Virus record (IMG/VR): IMGVR_UViG_3300042384_000211
Location: 32,001-96,000 of that record
DNA: 64,000 nt
Reading direction: 5' to 3' (one strand)
Source: a virus
In this document: in pieces, positions 10,124-20,861 of the stretch
How the letters are laid out: each line of letters starts with the position of its first letter
Numbering within the stretch: the first letter of the stretch is position 1
Notes under the pieces: model-generated
Told to the model about the DNA's origin: nothing
What the model saw: only the letters and a program-made list of their open reading frames with translations
The model's database searches: none
Made by a program: the position numbers and the translations under genes

Positions 10124-10795
10124 TCAACTATATGCATAAACGATAACAAGACCGGACTCGCCATTTGCAATACCAGCGCCGCCGCTGCCATCATTTGTTC
10201 TACCACCAGGCCCGCCTGTTCCTGGTGATCCGTTATATAATTTATTACTTGTGGTGGCTCGATTTACTGTGCCACTCGACCCAAAGAATGTTCCGCCGCC
10301 TTGACCACCAGGGAAATGGCCACCACTATTTGTGTGACCTGTTCCGACTCCGCCATATAGATTTATACTTCCGCCACTGCCTAATCCCGGGTTGCCGCCA
10401 CAGTGAGAACCTCCTGTATTTGCACCATCACCACCAGTTGCAGAACAGTATGCACCAAATGAACTTGTACCACCAGCTGCGCCAGCTGCGTAGTAACTAA
10501 CCGAGGAACCACCACCGCCTACTGTAACTGCAACTGTGGCAACTGCTGTGACATCAATAACCTTTTCCGAATAACCGCCACCGCCACCACTTTCGCAATA
10601 CCCAGCGGCGCCACCGCCACCGCCCACAAGTTTAACTAACACAGACGTACACCCAGCAGGTTTGGTCCAAGTACCCGTTGTAGTAAATGAAGTTATATTA
10701 ATAATTCTACCCTCATCTATCGTACTGTCAAATTTGGTACTTTGACTCGTAGAATCAGGAAAAGTGATTCCTGTTGCGGTTAATGTAATTGCCAT
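10124..10795 (-). CDS. glycine-rich tail fibre tip/adhesin protein, paralogue 2
   Basis: same architecture as its neighbours. Confidence 0.75.
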   Translation of the reverse strand: MAITLTATGITFPDSTSQSTKFDSTIDEGRIINITSFTTTGTWTKPAGCTSVLVKLVGGGGGAAGYCESGGGGGYSEKVIDVTAVATVAVTVGGGGSSVSYYAAGAAGGTSSFGAYCSATGGDGANTGGSHCGGNPGLGSGGSINLYGGVGTGHTNSGGHFPGGQGGGTFFGSSGTVNRATTSNKLYNGSPGTGGPGGRTNDGSGGAGIANGESGLVIVYAYS

Positions 10796-10804
10796 GATAA
10801 TTCC

Positions 10805-12124
10805 TTATCTATATTCATATACAACAACTAATCCCGAGGCACCTGCACTGCCTACCCATCCTTGCATTGCTCCGCCACATCCACCAGCGCCAGGCGCTGA
10901 ATAGCCAACATCAGCATTAGTGGAATGTGATGCTCTTTTTCCGCCACCCCAATAACCCGCTCCGCCGGTGCCAACTGCTTCTCTGCCGCCAGTATCTCCG
11001 TGGCCAGTCCCTGTGCCACCTAGAAAGTTGACATCACCACTAGAACCAACCCCACCGTGGCCACCTGTATGACTTGCATGTTGGTTTGCTCCATACCCGC
11101 CGGTGGCGGAGCAGTAAGACCCAAATGAACTTGTACCACCGTTTCCACCTGCTGCGTAGTAACCAACAGCACTCCCACCGCCGCCTACTGTAACTGCAAC
11201 AGTAGATATTTGTGCAACATCTATTACTTTTTCTGAGTAACCACCGGCGCCGCCACTTTCGCAGTATGATGCTGCGCCGCCACCGGCGCCGACTACTTTA
11301 ACAATAATTCGAGTACACGCCGGTGGTTTAATCCAGGTACCTGAACTCGTAAATGTTGTAGTAGACATTAGTTTTCCGGCATCTTTTGCACTGTCAAAAT
11401 TAGTACTTTGACTCGTAGAATCAGGAAAAGTAATTCGTTCCGAATCAGATGGATTAGACAATAACCTCTGCATTGACGGGTGTGTTCCGTCAATGCAGTC
11501 GATCCTCGGATAGAAAAATTCAAGATGGGTAGTAGCCTCTGCACAATAGTAATGATATGTTCGATGCACCGCAGTAGTTGTTCCTGCTACCCACCTACAA
11601 TCGTTTGGTACATTACCTGCATTCCACCCAACTCTTCCTGAGGTGGTATAATATCCACTGTCGTCGTGTGGCAACCGACTATAATATGTTGCTGGATAAC
11701 AATGACCCACAAAAAGATACCATTGATTTTGTGTTAACGCAGAAGTTCCGCGATAATCAAAATATGGGTTGGTATTTACAACATCATTATCTAATCCTAC
11801 TGTAGAACCCGAACTGCTTTGTAGACCAAAGTAGAATGTTCCGCCGCCAGTTGCTGATGTTCGTTTAACCCAGACAGAAAATCTATATAATTTAGATGAA
11901 TCGATAGATACTCCACTAGTGTTCCATCCGCCGTCGGCTCCACTATTGCCCGATGGAACTGATTGCCAAACCATTGCAGCATTGCCCCAGGGATCCGTGC
12001 CAATATATCTGTTTTGTTCTCCAGTATCACCATTTGCAGAAAATATACCAACACTGCCAGATCCAGCAGTCCAAGATGATGGGTCTAATAGATTATAGTT
12101 AGAAGTAGTTAAGCTAACTGCCAC
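10805..12124 (-). CDS. tail fibre protein with N-terminal carbohydrate-binding-like domain and glycine-rich domain, paralogue 1
   Basis: C-terminal ~210 aa paralogous to the two downstream genes. Confidence 0.75.
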   Translation of the reverse strand: MAVSLTTSNYNLLDPSSWTAGSGSVGIFSANGDTGEQNRYIGTDPWGNAAMVWQSVPSGNSGADGGWNTSGVSIDSSKLYRFSVWVKRTSATGGGTFYFGLQSSSGSTVGLDNDVVNTNPYFDYRGTSALTQNQWYLFVGHCYPATYYSRLPHDDSGYYTTSGRVGWNAGNVPNDCRWVAGTTTAVHRTYHYYCAEATTHLEFFYPRIDCIDGTHPSMQRLLSNPSDSERITFPDSTSQSTNFDSAKDAGKLMSTTTFTSSGTWIKPPACTRIIVKVVGAGGGAASYCESGGAGGYSEKVIDVAQISTVAVTVGGGGSAVGYYAAGGNGGTSSFGSYCSATGGYGANQHASHTGGHGGVGSSGDVNFLGGTGTGHGDTGGREAVGTGGAGYWGGGKRASHSTNADVGYSAPGAGGCGGAMQGWVGSAGASGLVVVYEYR

Positions 12125-12125
12125 G

Positions 12126-12884
12126 TTAAAGTCCTTTTAACTGATTTACTTCAGCCCTTAATTCTTTAATTGCTTCGATTAATAACGGAATTAATTTTTC
12201 GTATTGTACAGTAAGGTAGTTTTCGCCCGAACTACTTGTACCATCTTCAGCAATATCAAATGGAGCAGGTTTGACTGCTTCTGGTTGTACTTGTTGTACA
12301 TCTTGTGCAAACACGCCAACTTGTTGTGAGTAATCATTATACCCAAACTGTTCAGCTAATGCATTTTGTGTGTACATTAGTCCAGTAAGTTGATCTACTT
12401 TGTCTAATGGGTTTTCAATTGTTTTGAAATTTGTTTTTAATCGTTTGTCTGAATAAAATGCTGTAATGGCATTTGTTGCACGTATCTCACCTGTTATTCC
12501 ACTTGCAGCAGTACCTATACCAAGTGACTGCACTTGCGTTGTACCTGATGCCACTATTGTTGCTGTAGATAAAGATGCGGCTGTTGCAGCGGCAAGCGAC
12601 GAAGTTGTACTAACTGTAAGCGTAGTTACTCCTAATGTAGCAATGTTTATTGCTCCAGCAACATATAAATTACCGCCAATGCCCACACCGCCTGTTACTA
12701 TTAAGGCACCCGAGGCCGAACTAGTACTTGCTGTACTATTTGTAACTGCTAAACTTGCCGCTGTTAAGTTTGTACCAGCTGTAGTATTGCGCACCCAAGC
12801 TGTTTTGGTACTATTATAAGTGTATGTAATTCCATTTGCTGTTACTTGTTGCCCATTGGTTGGACCAGTTGGAAATCCTGCCAT
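12126..12884 (-). CDS. tail fibre protein with C-terminal intramolecular chaperone (peptidase S74)
   Basis: YSDKRLK...GVFAQDVQ...YEKLIPLLIEAIKEL. Confidence 0.9.
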   Translation of the reverse strand: MAGFPTGPTNGQQVTANGITYTYNSTKTAWVRNTTAGTNLTAASLAVTNSTASTSSASGALIVTGGVGIGGNLYVAGAINIATLGVTTLTVSTTSSLAAATAASLSTATIVASGTTQVQSLGIGTAASGITGEIRATNAITAFYSDKRLKTNFKTIENPLDKVDQLTGLMYTQNALAEQFGYNDYSQQVGVFAQDVQQVQPEAVKPAPFDIAEDGTSSSGENYLTVQYEKLIPLLIEAIKELRAEVNQLKGL

Positions 12885-12886
12885 GA

Positions 12887-15733
12887 TTAAAATCTTCCTA
12901 TTGCTACTTCAATTAATTTAATTTCGTTAGTTTCGATTGTTTCTAAGCTCTTACCTATTATACAACCCGGAGTATATTCACTCATACTTAATCGTTGTGC
13001 TGTACCATGAGTGCTACTGGAAACTAATCTATCACCTTTATTTACCGGCCCCTTTACTTGACATGGTACTCTTCCGGTTAGTGCAACTGCTACTCCGATA
13101 ATATCATTATTCATTAGATATGCAGGATTTGTAGTTACGACCCCAGCAACCGTAGGATCATGCGAGTTGGTTGATATTGTAACTTCCTGTAATCCTCCAA
13201 ATATTAAAACAGTACCTGGGTTATACTCATTATCTGATGTATATTTTTCTGCCAAATCGGCATATTGAGCCGAAGTTGATTTTGCAAATATAGTATTAAA
13301 TGTAGCACCACTAGCTCCGATATTCCCTACTCCATTTGTACCACCATTAATAATGGCAGTAGTAGGACTACCAGTAATAGTATGTGCTCCAGAACTAAAT
13401 GTAGTACCTATAGATCCGGCGCCCGAAATACTTAACGTGGTTCCGGTTACCGTAGATACTGCAACATTTAGCGGAGTTGATGTTATATCAACCCATTGGC
13501 TACTATCGCCATCATTTACATATGAGAATGTTATATCTGTTGCAGTATCGTACCATACATCATTTGATTTTGGGCTACTTGGAGCAGTGATACCAGCAGT
13601 ATAGACAGGTATTGCGGCATTGGCACCAGTAACTGAATTAGTAACTGTGGTAATTGCGGCATCAGTATAACCTTTAAGTGCTGTGTTAGCAGTAACTATA
13701 GCAGCATTGGCACCTGCTATTTGATTTGACTGTATAGTATTAGCCGCATCAACATATCCTTTCATGTTGGTGTTGGCTGTGGTTACTGATGAACTAGTAG
13801 TCGATATCTGACCATCAACATAACCCTTCATGTTGGTGTTTGCTGTAGTGACATTTGCCTGTACGTTGCCAATCATTGATGTCAGTGATGCACTTAAATT
13901 AGCATCATTACCTAATGCAGCTGCCAGTTCATTTAATGTGTCTAATGTGCTCGGAGCGCCATTAACTAAACTAGTAATCTGGCCGTCAACATAACCTTTC
14001 ATGTTAGTGTTGGCAGTGATTATTTGACCGTTTTGAGTTGCAGCATTTGAGGTTAATGTGGTATTGATAGCATCAATATAACCTTTCATGTTGGTATTAG
14101 CAGTTGTGATTGCACTCGAAGTAGTTGATATCTGTTCGTCAACATAACCTTTCATGTTGGTGTTAGCAGTGGTCGTGGTACTTATTTGTCCGTCAACATA
14201 CCCTTTCATGTTAGTATTAGCTGTGGTAACTAAATTATCAGTATAGCCTTTGAGATTGGTATTAGCAGTTGTGATTGCACTCGAAGTAGTTGATATCTGT
14301 TCGTCAACATAACCTTTCATGTTGGTGTTAGCAGTGGTCGTGGTACTTATTTGTCCGTCAACATACCCTTTCATGTTAGTATTAGCTGTGGTAACTAAAT
14401 TATCAGTATAGCCTTTGAGATTGGTATTAGCAGTTGTAATACTTGAGTTTACTGTAGTAATCTGCCCATCAGTATAACCTTTTAAATTAGTATTAGCTGT
14501 GGTAAATGCTGTTGACAGTGTGGTGATTATAGAAACGCCGTTAGCGTAATTATGCGCATCTGAATATAGTGCACCTGCAAATATATTACCAGCTACACCT
14601 ATGCCACCAACTATCTGCATAGTGCCCGTAGCAGTGCTTGTACTAGCAACTTCGGCGTTGGCTAAAACTACACCATTACCTGAGAAATAACGTAAACTCG
14701 CTGCACCGCCAAACGCAGAAGAATTGTTAAATTGTATTTGTGAATCTGCTCCCCCTGGAGTGCCGCCGCCAGCAGCTAAGTTAGTACCTACACCTGCACT
14801 TAATCCTGATAGATCAAAATATCCGCCGCGAGCTGTTCCGCCTCCTTCGAAAATTCTTAATCTATTTTGGAATACATCAATAACAACATTGCCAGCTAAA
14901 GTAGTATTGGTCGCTGACGGAGCTAGGTTAAGTTGTCCACCCTCGTCACCACCCGGGGATGTAACAAATAATTCTGTAGTCGTAACTGGTCCGGAGAATG
15001 TTGCACCACTCAGATTTGCCTTAGTTGTATTCAGCGATGCTATTGATGCAGACTGTGCTCCGGCATTAGCAAACAATGTGGCTATGTCACCTGCTTGTAC
15101 AGCGGCATTTGATGTGAGTGTTGTTAGTGACCCTGCTTGCACACCTGCATTAGCAAATAATGTAGCAATATCTCCTGATTGAACAGCCGCATTTGATGTT
15201 AATGTAGCTAATGATCCGCTTACTGTACCTAGGTTAGAAGTTAGGGTAGAATTAATTGCATCAACATACCCTTTCATTGCTGTGTTGGCTGTGGTGACGT
15301 TTGATTGGACATTAGAAATTAATGATGTTAATGTAACACTTAAATTGGCATCACTACCGAGAGCATTAGCAATTTCATTTAATGTATCTAAGGTTGCGGG
15401 AGCACCGTTAACTAGATTAGTAATTTGTCCGTCAATATAACCTTTTAATGCAGTGTTGGCAGTTACTATTTGCCCACTTAATGCTCCTGCATTAGCTATA
15501 ACCCCTGCTAATATACTAACACCATTGGCATAATTGTAATTTGCTGCTGATATATTACCAGTTACAACCAGCGAGCTTAATGTACCCACAGAAGTAATAT
15601 TACCCTGCGTATTTGCTGACAAATTACCAGATACTGTAGGGGTACTAGTTGATCCATCGGATACTACCTGCCCTGCAATAGATATTTTCTTTGATACATT
15701 GTCAAATTTAAATGAACGTATACGTGACGACAT
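12887..15733 (-). CDS. long tail fibre protein with coiled-coil TANTNMKGYVD repeats
   Basis: GAPATLDTLNE motifs, repeats, C-terminal YADLAEKY...GRVPC domain. Confidence 0.85.
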   Translation of the reverse strand: MSSRIRSFKFDNVSKKISIAGQVVSDGSTSTPTVSGNLSANTQGNITSVGTLSSLVVTGNISAANYNYANGVSILAGVIANAGALSGQIVTANTALKGYIDGQITNLVNGAPATLDTLNEIANALGSDANLSVTLTSLISNVQSNVTTANTAMKGYVDAINSTLTSNLGTVSGSLATLTSNAAVQSGDIATLFANAGVQAGSLTTLTSNAAVQAGDIATLFANAGAQSASIASLNTTKANLSGATFSGPVTTTELFVTSPGGDEGGQLNLAPSATNTTLAGNVVIDVFQNRLRIFEGGGTARGGYFDLSGLSAGVGTNLAAGGGTPGGADSQIQFNNSSAFGGAASLRYFSGNGVVLANAEVASTSTATGTMQIVGGIGVAGNIFAGALYSDAHNYANGVSIITTLSTAFTTANTNLKGYTDGQITTVNSSITTANTNLKGYTDNLVTTANTNMKGYVDGQISTTTTANTNMKGYVDEQISTTSSAITTANTNLKGYTDNLVTTANTNMKGYVDGQISTTTTANTNMKGYVDEQISTTSSAITTANTNMKGYIDAINTTLTSNAATQNGQIITANTNMKGYVDGQITSLVNGAPSTLDTLNELAAALGNDANLSASLTSMIGNVQANVTTANTNMKGYVDGQISTTSSSVTTANTNMKGYVDAANTIQSNQIAGANAAIVTANTALKGYTDAAITTVTNSVTGANAAIPVYTAGITAPSSPKSNDVWYDTATDITFSYVNDGDSSQWVDITSTPLNVAVSTVTGTTLSISGAGSIGTTFSSGAHTITGSPTTAIINGGTNGVGNIGASGATFNTIFAKSTSAQYADLAEKYTSDNEYNPGTVLIFGGLQEVTISTNSHDPTVAGVVTTNPAYLMNNDIIGVAVALTGRVPCQVKGPVNKGDRLVSSSTHGTAQRLSMSEYTPGCIIGKSLETIETNEIKLIEVAIGRF
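14091..14437. repeat. 165-bp (55-codon) tandem duplication within the tail fibre gene
   Basis: unit starts TTGGTATTAGCAGTTGT at 14091, 14256 and 14421; the copies appear identical. Confidence 0.85.
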
Positions 15734-16698
15734 TATTCTGCTACCTCAATTGTTTTAACCACTGCGGTCCAGCGGATTGTTTTATTTGCTGCACCTGTAA
15801 CATACAAGTTTATACTATTATTTGTGTCGTCTGCTCTAGCATCAACATCCCACGTTGCATCATCTTGTGCTACAACAATTTCGTACACATCGCCAACGTC
15901 AGCTACTGTACCTGAAAAATTATCCGCACAGCCTTCTAATTCCCATGCGGCAGATTCACCGGTGGCATCAGTTCTTCTTGCTACGATATGTATATCATAC
16001 AGTACCGTGGTATTTGTATTTACAGGCATTCTTGTACCTGCACCTACTGTTAGTATCTCTGTTTCTGTAGCATTAGTTGTTGTGCCGTGTAGGACATATT
16101 GACGTGTTACATACGTTCCTGTTCCCTGTGACACAAACCCAGTGACATTAATACTACCTGCGGTAACTGCACCAGAAACGTTTGCATTGGGCGGATTGAA
16201 ATCATTATTTTTACCTAACTCTACAGTGGTTCCATCACTGGTAAACATCCATTTACCATTGGTGTCTACACTGATAGATTCACTACCGATGTGGATTGTA
16301 CTACCGCTAAACCACCCCTCACGCCAACGTTGGGTTGGGCTGCCTAGATCAAACGTGACATTTGCTGCAGGTAGCAGACTGCCAGTAACATAGACATTAC
16401 TTAATGTACTTCCGCCGCCAATGTTACCAAATATTGTACCTGCTTTAATATTAGCATATTCACTAATTGTAATATTAGCATCAGTTCTACCCGAATTCGT
16501 AGTAAATGCTGTAGCAAAAGTATTAGCACTTTCATCCCAAAATAGTGCTATATTAGCCACTGTACCATTGGTACGATTCATTACAAAACCAATATCAATA
16601 TTTGCCTCAGTGCTGTTTTTATTCAACACGGTGATGGGATCTGAAATCGTGGTAACGACTGTGTTAATTTGATCTAAGCGCGGTCTGGTTAATGCCAT
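15733..16698 (-). CDS. virion structural/tail fibre-associated protein
   Basis: FDLGSPTQRWR fibre motif; late promoter TATAAATA at 16725-16732. Confidence 0.7.
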   Translation of the reverse strand: MALTRPRLDQINTVVTTISDPITVLNKNSTEANIDIGFVMNRTNGTVANIALFWDESANTFATAFTTNSGRTDANITISEYANIKAGTIFGNIGGGSTLSNVYVTGSLLPAANVTFDLGSPTQRWREGWFSGSTIHIGSESISVDTNGKWMFTSDGTTVELGKNNDFNPPNANVSGAVTAGSINVTGFVSQGTGTYVTRQYVLHGTTTNATETEILTVGAGTRMPVNTNTTVLYDIHIVARRTDATGESAAWELEGCADNFSGTVADVGDVYEIVVAQDDATWDVDARADDTNNSINLYVTGAANKTIRWTAVVKTIEVAE

Positions 16699-16736
16699 TG
16701 TATATGCTCTTTATCTTATTGTAGTATTTATACGAG

Positions 16737-16758
16737 AATAGGACCCGAAGGTCCTATT
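16737..16758. terminator. intrinsic terminator
   Basis: AATAGGAC-CCGAAG-GTCCTATT hairpin. Confidence 0.8.
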
Positions 16759-16777
16759 GTCTATAACAATATTACTA

Positions 16778-19700
16778 TTACGCTTGTGATTCTGTAAACG
16801 AAATTTGAATTTCTCCGCTGGCTGCAGTAGCAGTAATTGATGTAATGTTAATAGCCAATATCTCTGGACCATCTGGATAAACACCATTACCTGGAATTGC
16901 CGAAGTAACTAATTGTTTAACACGACTTAAATCCAGCACCCCAGAGTTCGTTTGGTTAACCGGAATAGCAAACAAACGTTCACCACCCGAGGCATACGTA
17001 CCACTTATGTACGACGGACTAGTTGAAAATTGAGTGAAACTTGGTTGAAATCCATTTGCCGCAGTATTTAAGTTAATCCATGTTGTTGCAGTAGCAGTAA
17101 TATTAGTTGGATTTAGAATACCTTCAATTAAGAAACGTGCGTTAGTACCAGTGTAGTTAACAACCATATCATTTAACTCTAATTGCGCACGATTAATTAA
17201 GTCACGTGTACCTAAGTCACCAATAATTGTATTACTTACACTAGGTGTTAAACGCATCAAGAATGCTGTTTTAACTCCGTTAGTTGTTGCTGGGAATGTA
17301 TAGTTCTGCGCACTGTAAGTAAATGAATAGCCTCGATCTTCATCAAATCCACCATCCATAATTACTGCAGAACCCCAGTGGTTTAACGTTGGTGCTGAGG
17401 TACAACTTAATACAGTTACCCCAGTACCCTCAGTATGACTTTCAGCAGTACCCATAGTAAATGATTTACTACTACCATCTTGCCATAGTGTAAATGCCGA
17501 TGCGCGAGTTAAATTGCCTAATCGATTTAAACTATAATCAATTGATGAATATTTAATAACTTCATTATCAACTACTACGTATACTGGATATGCCACTGAT
17601 GCTGGCGGAAATTGTGTTGCATCAACTAAATCCATTGATGTATCACCTGCAGAAATTGTAGCAATTAATTTATCTGTTGCGCTTTCATTATTTGCTGCAT
17701 AACGTACCGGTAAATTACCGGAACGCATATATGCTTCGTCATTCACGTTATTGTTTTTAATACGATGAACCATGATAAATGCACCATTCGGCCCACGTAA
17801 ACCATACTCAACAAAACCAGCACCGTACCACGCATATTGAATCATTAACATCTGCATCTTTGTTATATCGAGTTGGAAACCACTCGGACCAGTACCATCA
17901 ATTTTATCTAAATTAAACTGAGATTGTGGAATACGGAATTCATTTACTAATGCCATTTTAACACGAATTTGATTAGATGCGCCACGCCACGGTGGACTAA
18001 CTGTCATAGTATTGTTATCTGTGATGCTTGTAACAATATGACCCATGCCACGAATAACTACGCGACTATATTTGGTTAATTGTTCTGCAAAACGACATGT
18101 GCCATCACCAACAATTAAATTACTGCCAACTTCTGTAGTAACAAATCCGCAAAGTTGTAATGTGGCTGAACGTAATACTACATTTAAATTAGTACCAGTG
18201 TATTCCCAATATGCACCATTTTGATCATCATATATACCAGCACGTACAGTAGCCCCGTGCCAGCTAGCTAAATTAACTTTTGGTTGTACATCCATTTTTG
18301 GAGTTGCTGATCCTAACGTTTCTTGAGCAGTAACAGTAAATGAAGAATCACTTGTGATACTAGTTACACGATAATAATTATCATATCCACTTGTTGCAAT
18401 ATTGTTTAATTTAATATTAGCACCGATTTGTAAATAATGTTCATTTTCTGTAGTAATAGTAATAGTACTACTTAATGCAGTTGTACCATCGGCTGATATG
18501 TTGGCTACATCAAAGTTAGTTGATAATAGTGTACCTGAGCTCCAAAATAATCCCTTGCCAGATTGATAACGGAAGTATTTTTTACTTTGTCTTGCAGCCA
18601 TTGCGCCATGATGTGGAGTACCTGAACCAATATTTACACCGCCATCAAACGGTCTATGAATAAAGAAAGCACTTGCTTTAATATAGATTTTAGCAGTTAA
18701 ACTACCAGACACAGCAGCTCCGGATTTTCCTTGATATGTAAATGTAGTTGGAGTAGGGATACTTAAGATTGTAAATGAGCCATCACCCCATGCTACGTTA
18801 GTACCAGATAATAAATCAACGTTGATTGGTGTACCTGGACTCATACCGTGCGCATATGGTGTTGTGACTGTAATTGTACTCGGTGTTGCTTCATCACTAA
18901 CAATAGTTGATAATGGAATTGCAGCACCAGTAAATAATGCCGCCTTACGAATTTGTGTATCGTAACGATTCAATTGATAACCGATATTTAAATTAGTTGT
19001 TCTACGTGGATAATAGAACATATGATTAGTCTCAGCTGTCTGAAGTTGATACATCCCTTCCGTGTTAGCATTACTATGATTTGTTGTACTTATAAATGAA
19101 TGACTAACACCACCGTGTGCATTAACATTCATTCCAATTTGTGGAACGTATGTGCTACCAGCTTGATATAAACCAGTCATTCGTATAGCAATACTTCCTA
19201 CTGGAGCTGCCGAAATAGCAGTAGTTCCTACAGTACCACGACTAATTGTGGCGGCATTGGCTACTGCTGTTCCGATTGTAGTAGCTTTAACAATTTCAAC
19301 GTTTGATCCAGATCCTGTTAATGCATCAAAGTTAAGTTTTTGGATTACTGATCCTGATAATAAATTATCAGCACCTACAGTATTCATCCAACTACGATTT
19401 ATTGACATGTTAACATTACTTTCGATACTTGTAATAATACCAACTTCAACATTGCTTATTAAACGTACACTTTGACCACTTGTAATGTTAACATTACCGG
19501 AGTTTGTATTTAAACGTCGACGGGTAACTGTTAAATTTGTTGATGTACCGCCAGCAGTTACAGTCATCAATTCCCATAGGTCAGTAGTATCGGTTTGAAC
19601 CATAATAGTCGCACCTGTGGCAATAGCTGTACCGGATCCAACTACCAATGTAGTTGTAGCACCAGACGAAATTGTAGTTGTTACTGTTGTTGTATCAGCG

Positions 19701-20446
19701 AGACCCAGATATGCTAATAATAGTTGATCGTTTACAGCAAATCCAGCAGTATTAGCTACTGTTAGACTACGTTGATTACTATTAATTACGTTAGCTGTAG
19801 TATATGTTTGAACGTTTGCGCCTGCTACATATGGATTAACAATTAACATGTAATCATTTTGTGTCCAGTTTGGTGACGCAACACCGGTTTGATTCATTAA
19901 CGTAATACTTGTTGTACCAGTACTTGTAATTGGAGTTTGTCCAATAAATGTTACATACCCTGCGGTATTAGAAGTAAGTTCACTACCCGGTAATTCATAT
20001 AAACTTGGAATATCGTTATTTAAAAATATCGATTGCCATTTAGTATTTTGTAACCCATACTCAAAGTCAGCATCGATTAATGATTTTGGGTTTGATACCC
20101 GCATCCGTTCAATAGCATCAGTACCAAATGGCCATGGTCGTATTGTTTGACTTTCTGCTTCGACGTATACACCTAGACTATCAGCTGCACTCATCGTGGC
20201 GGTACTGGTTGTAAATATTAGGGTAGTGACACCATCTTGCCCTTGCGGGAAATCTGCATCATATGCCGCTGACCATGTTACTACGCCGCCTAATAATGGA
20301 TCAGCAAAGTTATATATAAAAGTTTGATCTGTAGCATTTAATATTGTTAAAATATCTGAAATATCATAATTGCCTGATATTTTAACTTTTCCAACTCCTG
20401 CGCCACCTGGTGTAAATACGTAATTTTTAATTTGTTGTCTTGCCAT
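16778..20446 (-). CDS. large virion structural protein (1222 aa)
   Basis: Thr/Ser-rich beta-repeat composition; within the late structural operon; SLIDADFEYGLQ and KYFRYQSGKG motifs. Confidence 0.7.
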   Translation of the reverse strand: MARQQIKNYVFTPGGAGVGKVKISGNYDISDILTILNATDQTFIYNFADPLLGGVVTWSAAYDADFPQGQDGVTTLIFTTSTATMSAADSLGVYVEAESQTIRPWPFGTDAIERMRVSNPKSLIDADFEYGLQNTKWQSIFLNNDIPSLYELPGSELTSNTAGYVTFIGQTPITSTGTTSITLMNQTGVASPNWTQNDYMLIVNPYVAGANVQTYTTANVINSNQRSLTVANTAGFAVNDQLLLAYLGLADTTTVTTTISSGATTTLVVGSGTAIATGATIMVQTDTTDLWELMTVTAGGTSTNLTVTRRRLNTNSGNVNITSGQSVRLISNVEVGIITSIESNVNMSINRSWMNTVGADNLLSGSVIQKLNFDALTGSGSNVEIVKATTIGTAVANAATISRGTVGTTAISAAPVGSIAIRMTGLYQAGSTYVPQIGMNVNAHGGVSHSFISTTNHSNANTEGMYQLQTAETNHMFYYPRRTTNLNIGYQLNRYDTQIRKAALFTGAAIPLSTIVSDEATPSTITVTTPYAHGMSPGTPINVDLLSGTNVAWGDGSFTILSIPTPTTFTYQGKSGAAVSGSLTAKIYIKASAFFIHRPFDGGVNIGSGTPHHGAMAARQSKKYFRYQSGKGLFWSSGTLLSTNFDVANISADGTTALSSTITITTENEHYLQIGANIKLNNIATSGYDNYYRVTSITSDSSFTVTAQETLGSATPKMDVQPKVNLASWHGATVRAGIYDDQNGAYWEYTGTNLNVVLRSATLQLCGFVTTEVGSNLIVGDGTCRFAEQLTKYSRVVIRGMGHIVTSITDNNTMTVSPPWRGASNQIRVKMALVNEFRIPQSQFNLDKIDGTGPSGFQLDITKMQMLMIQYAWYGAGFVEYGLRGPNGAFIMVHRIKNNNVNDEAYMRSGNLPVRYAANNESATDKLIATISAGDTSMDLVDATQFPPASVAYPVYVVVDNEVIKYSSIDYSLNRLGNLTRASAFTLWQDGSSKSFTMGTAESHTEGTGVTVLSCTSAPTLNHWGSAVIMDGGFDEDRGYSFTYSAQNYTFPATTNGVKTAFLMRLTPSVSNTIIGDLGTRDLINRAQLELNDMVVNYTGTNARFLIEGILNPTNITATATTWINLNTAANGFQPSFTQFSTSPSYISGTYASGGERLFAIPVNQTNSGVLDLSRVKQLVTSAIPGNGVYPDGPEILAINITSITATAASGEIQISFTESQA

Positions 20447-20448
20447 TT

Positions 20449-20853
20449 TTATGTCCCGAAAATAATAGAATTTGCTAACAATCTAGCTTTTAATGTTGCT
20501 GATAATTTATCGTACTGTAATGTTGAATCTGTTAATTTAGCATTTGTGATAGTTCCGTCACTTGGTATTCCAGAATCTAATACATCACCATATACTATCA
20601 CGTGCCATGTATTTAACCATGCACTCGTTGGTGCTGTATTAAATACGATGGTGGCATTATTGAAATAATAATCTACCCCAGGAATTAATACGTTGCCTAC
20701 TGCCACTGCAATAGTAGCATTGGGATTACTAACTGTGTATGCTTGTCCGGATACAGTAGTGTTAAATGTTGATAAATTTCCATTAAATTGAGAAGAAATA
20801 TTATCTAACTTAACAAAATTTCCTACCTGTGGTGTTTGACCTATGTAAGCCAT
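20449..20853 (-). CDS. virion structural protein
   Basis: MAYIG N-terminus shared with its neighbour; PSDGTITNAKL fibre motif. Confidence 0.65.
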   Translation of the reverse strand: MAYIGQTPQVGNFVKLDNISSQFNGNLSTFNTTVSGQAYTVSNPNATIAVAVGNVLIPGVDYYFNNATIVFNTAPTSAWLNTWHVIVYGDVLDSGIPSDGTITNAKLTDSTLQYDKLSATLKARLLANSIIFGT

Positions 20854-20861
20854 ATATTCTC

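Noticed and set aside
13660-14500. CRISPR-like repeat array
   Set aside because: The repeats are in-frame coding repeats of the tail fibre with no unique spacers, and no cas genes are present
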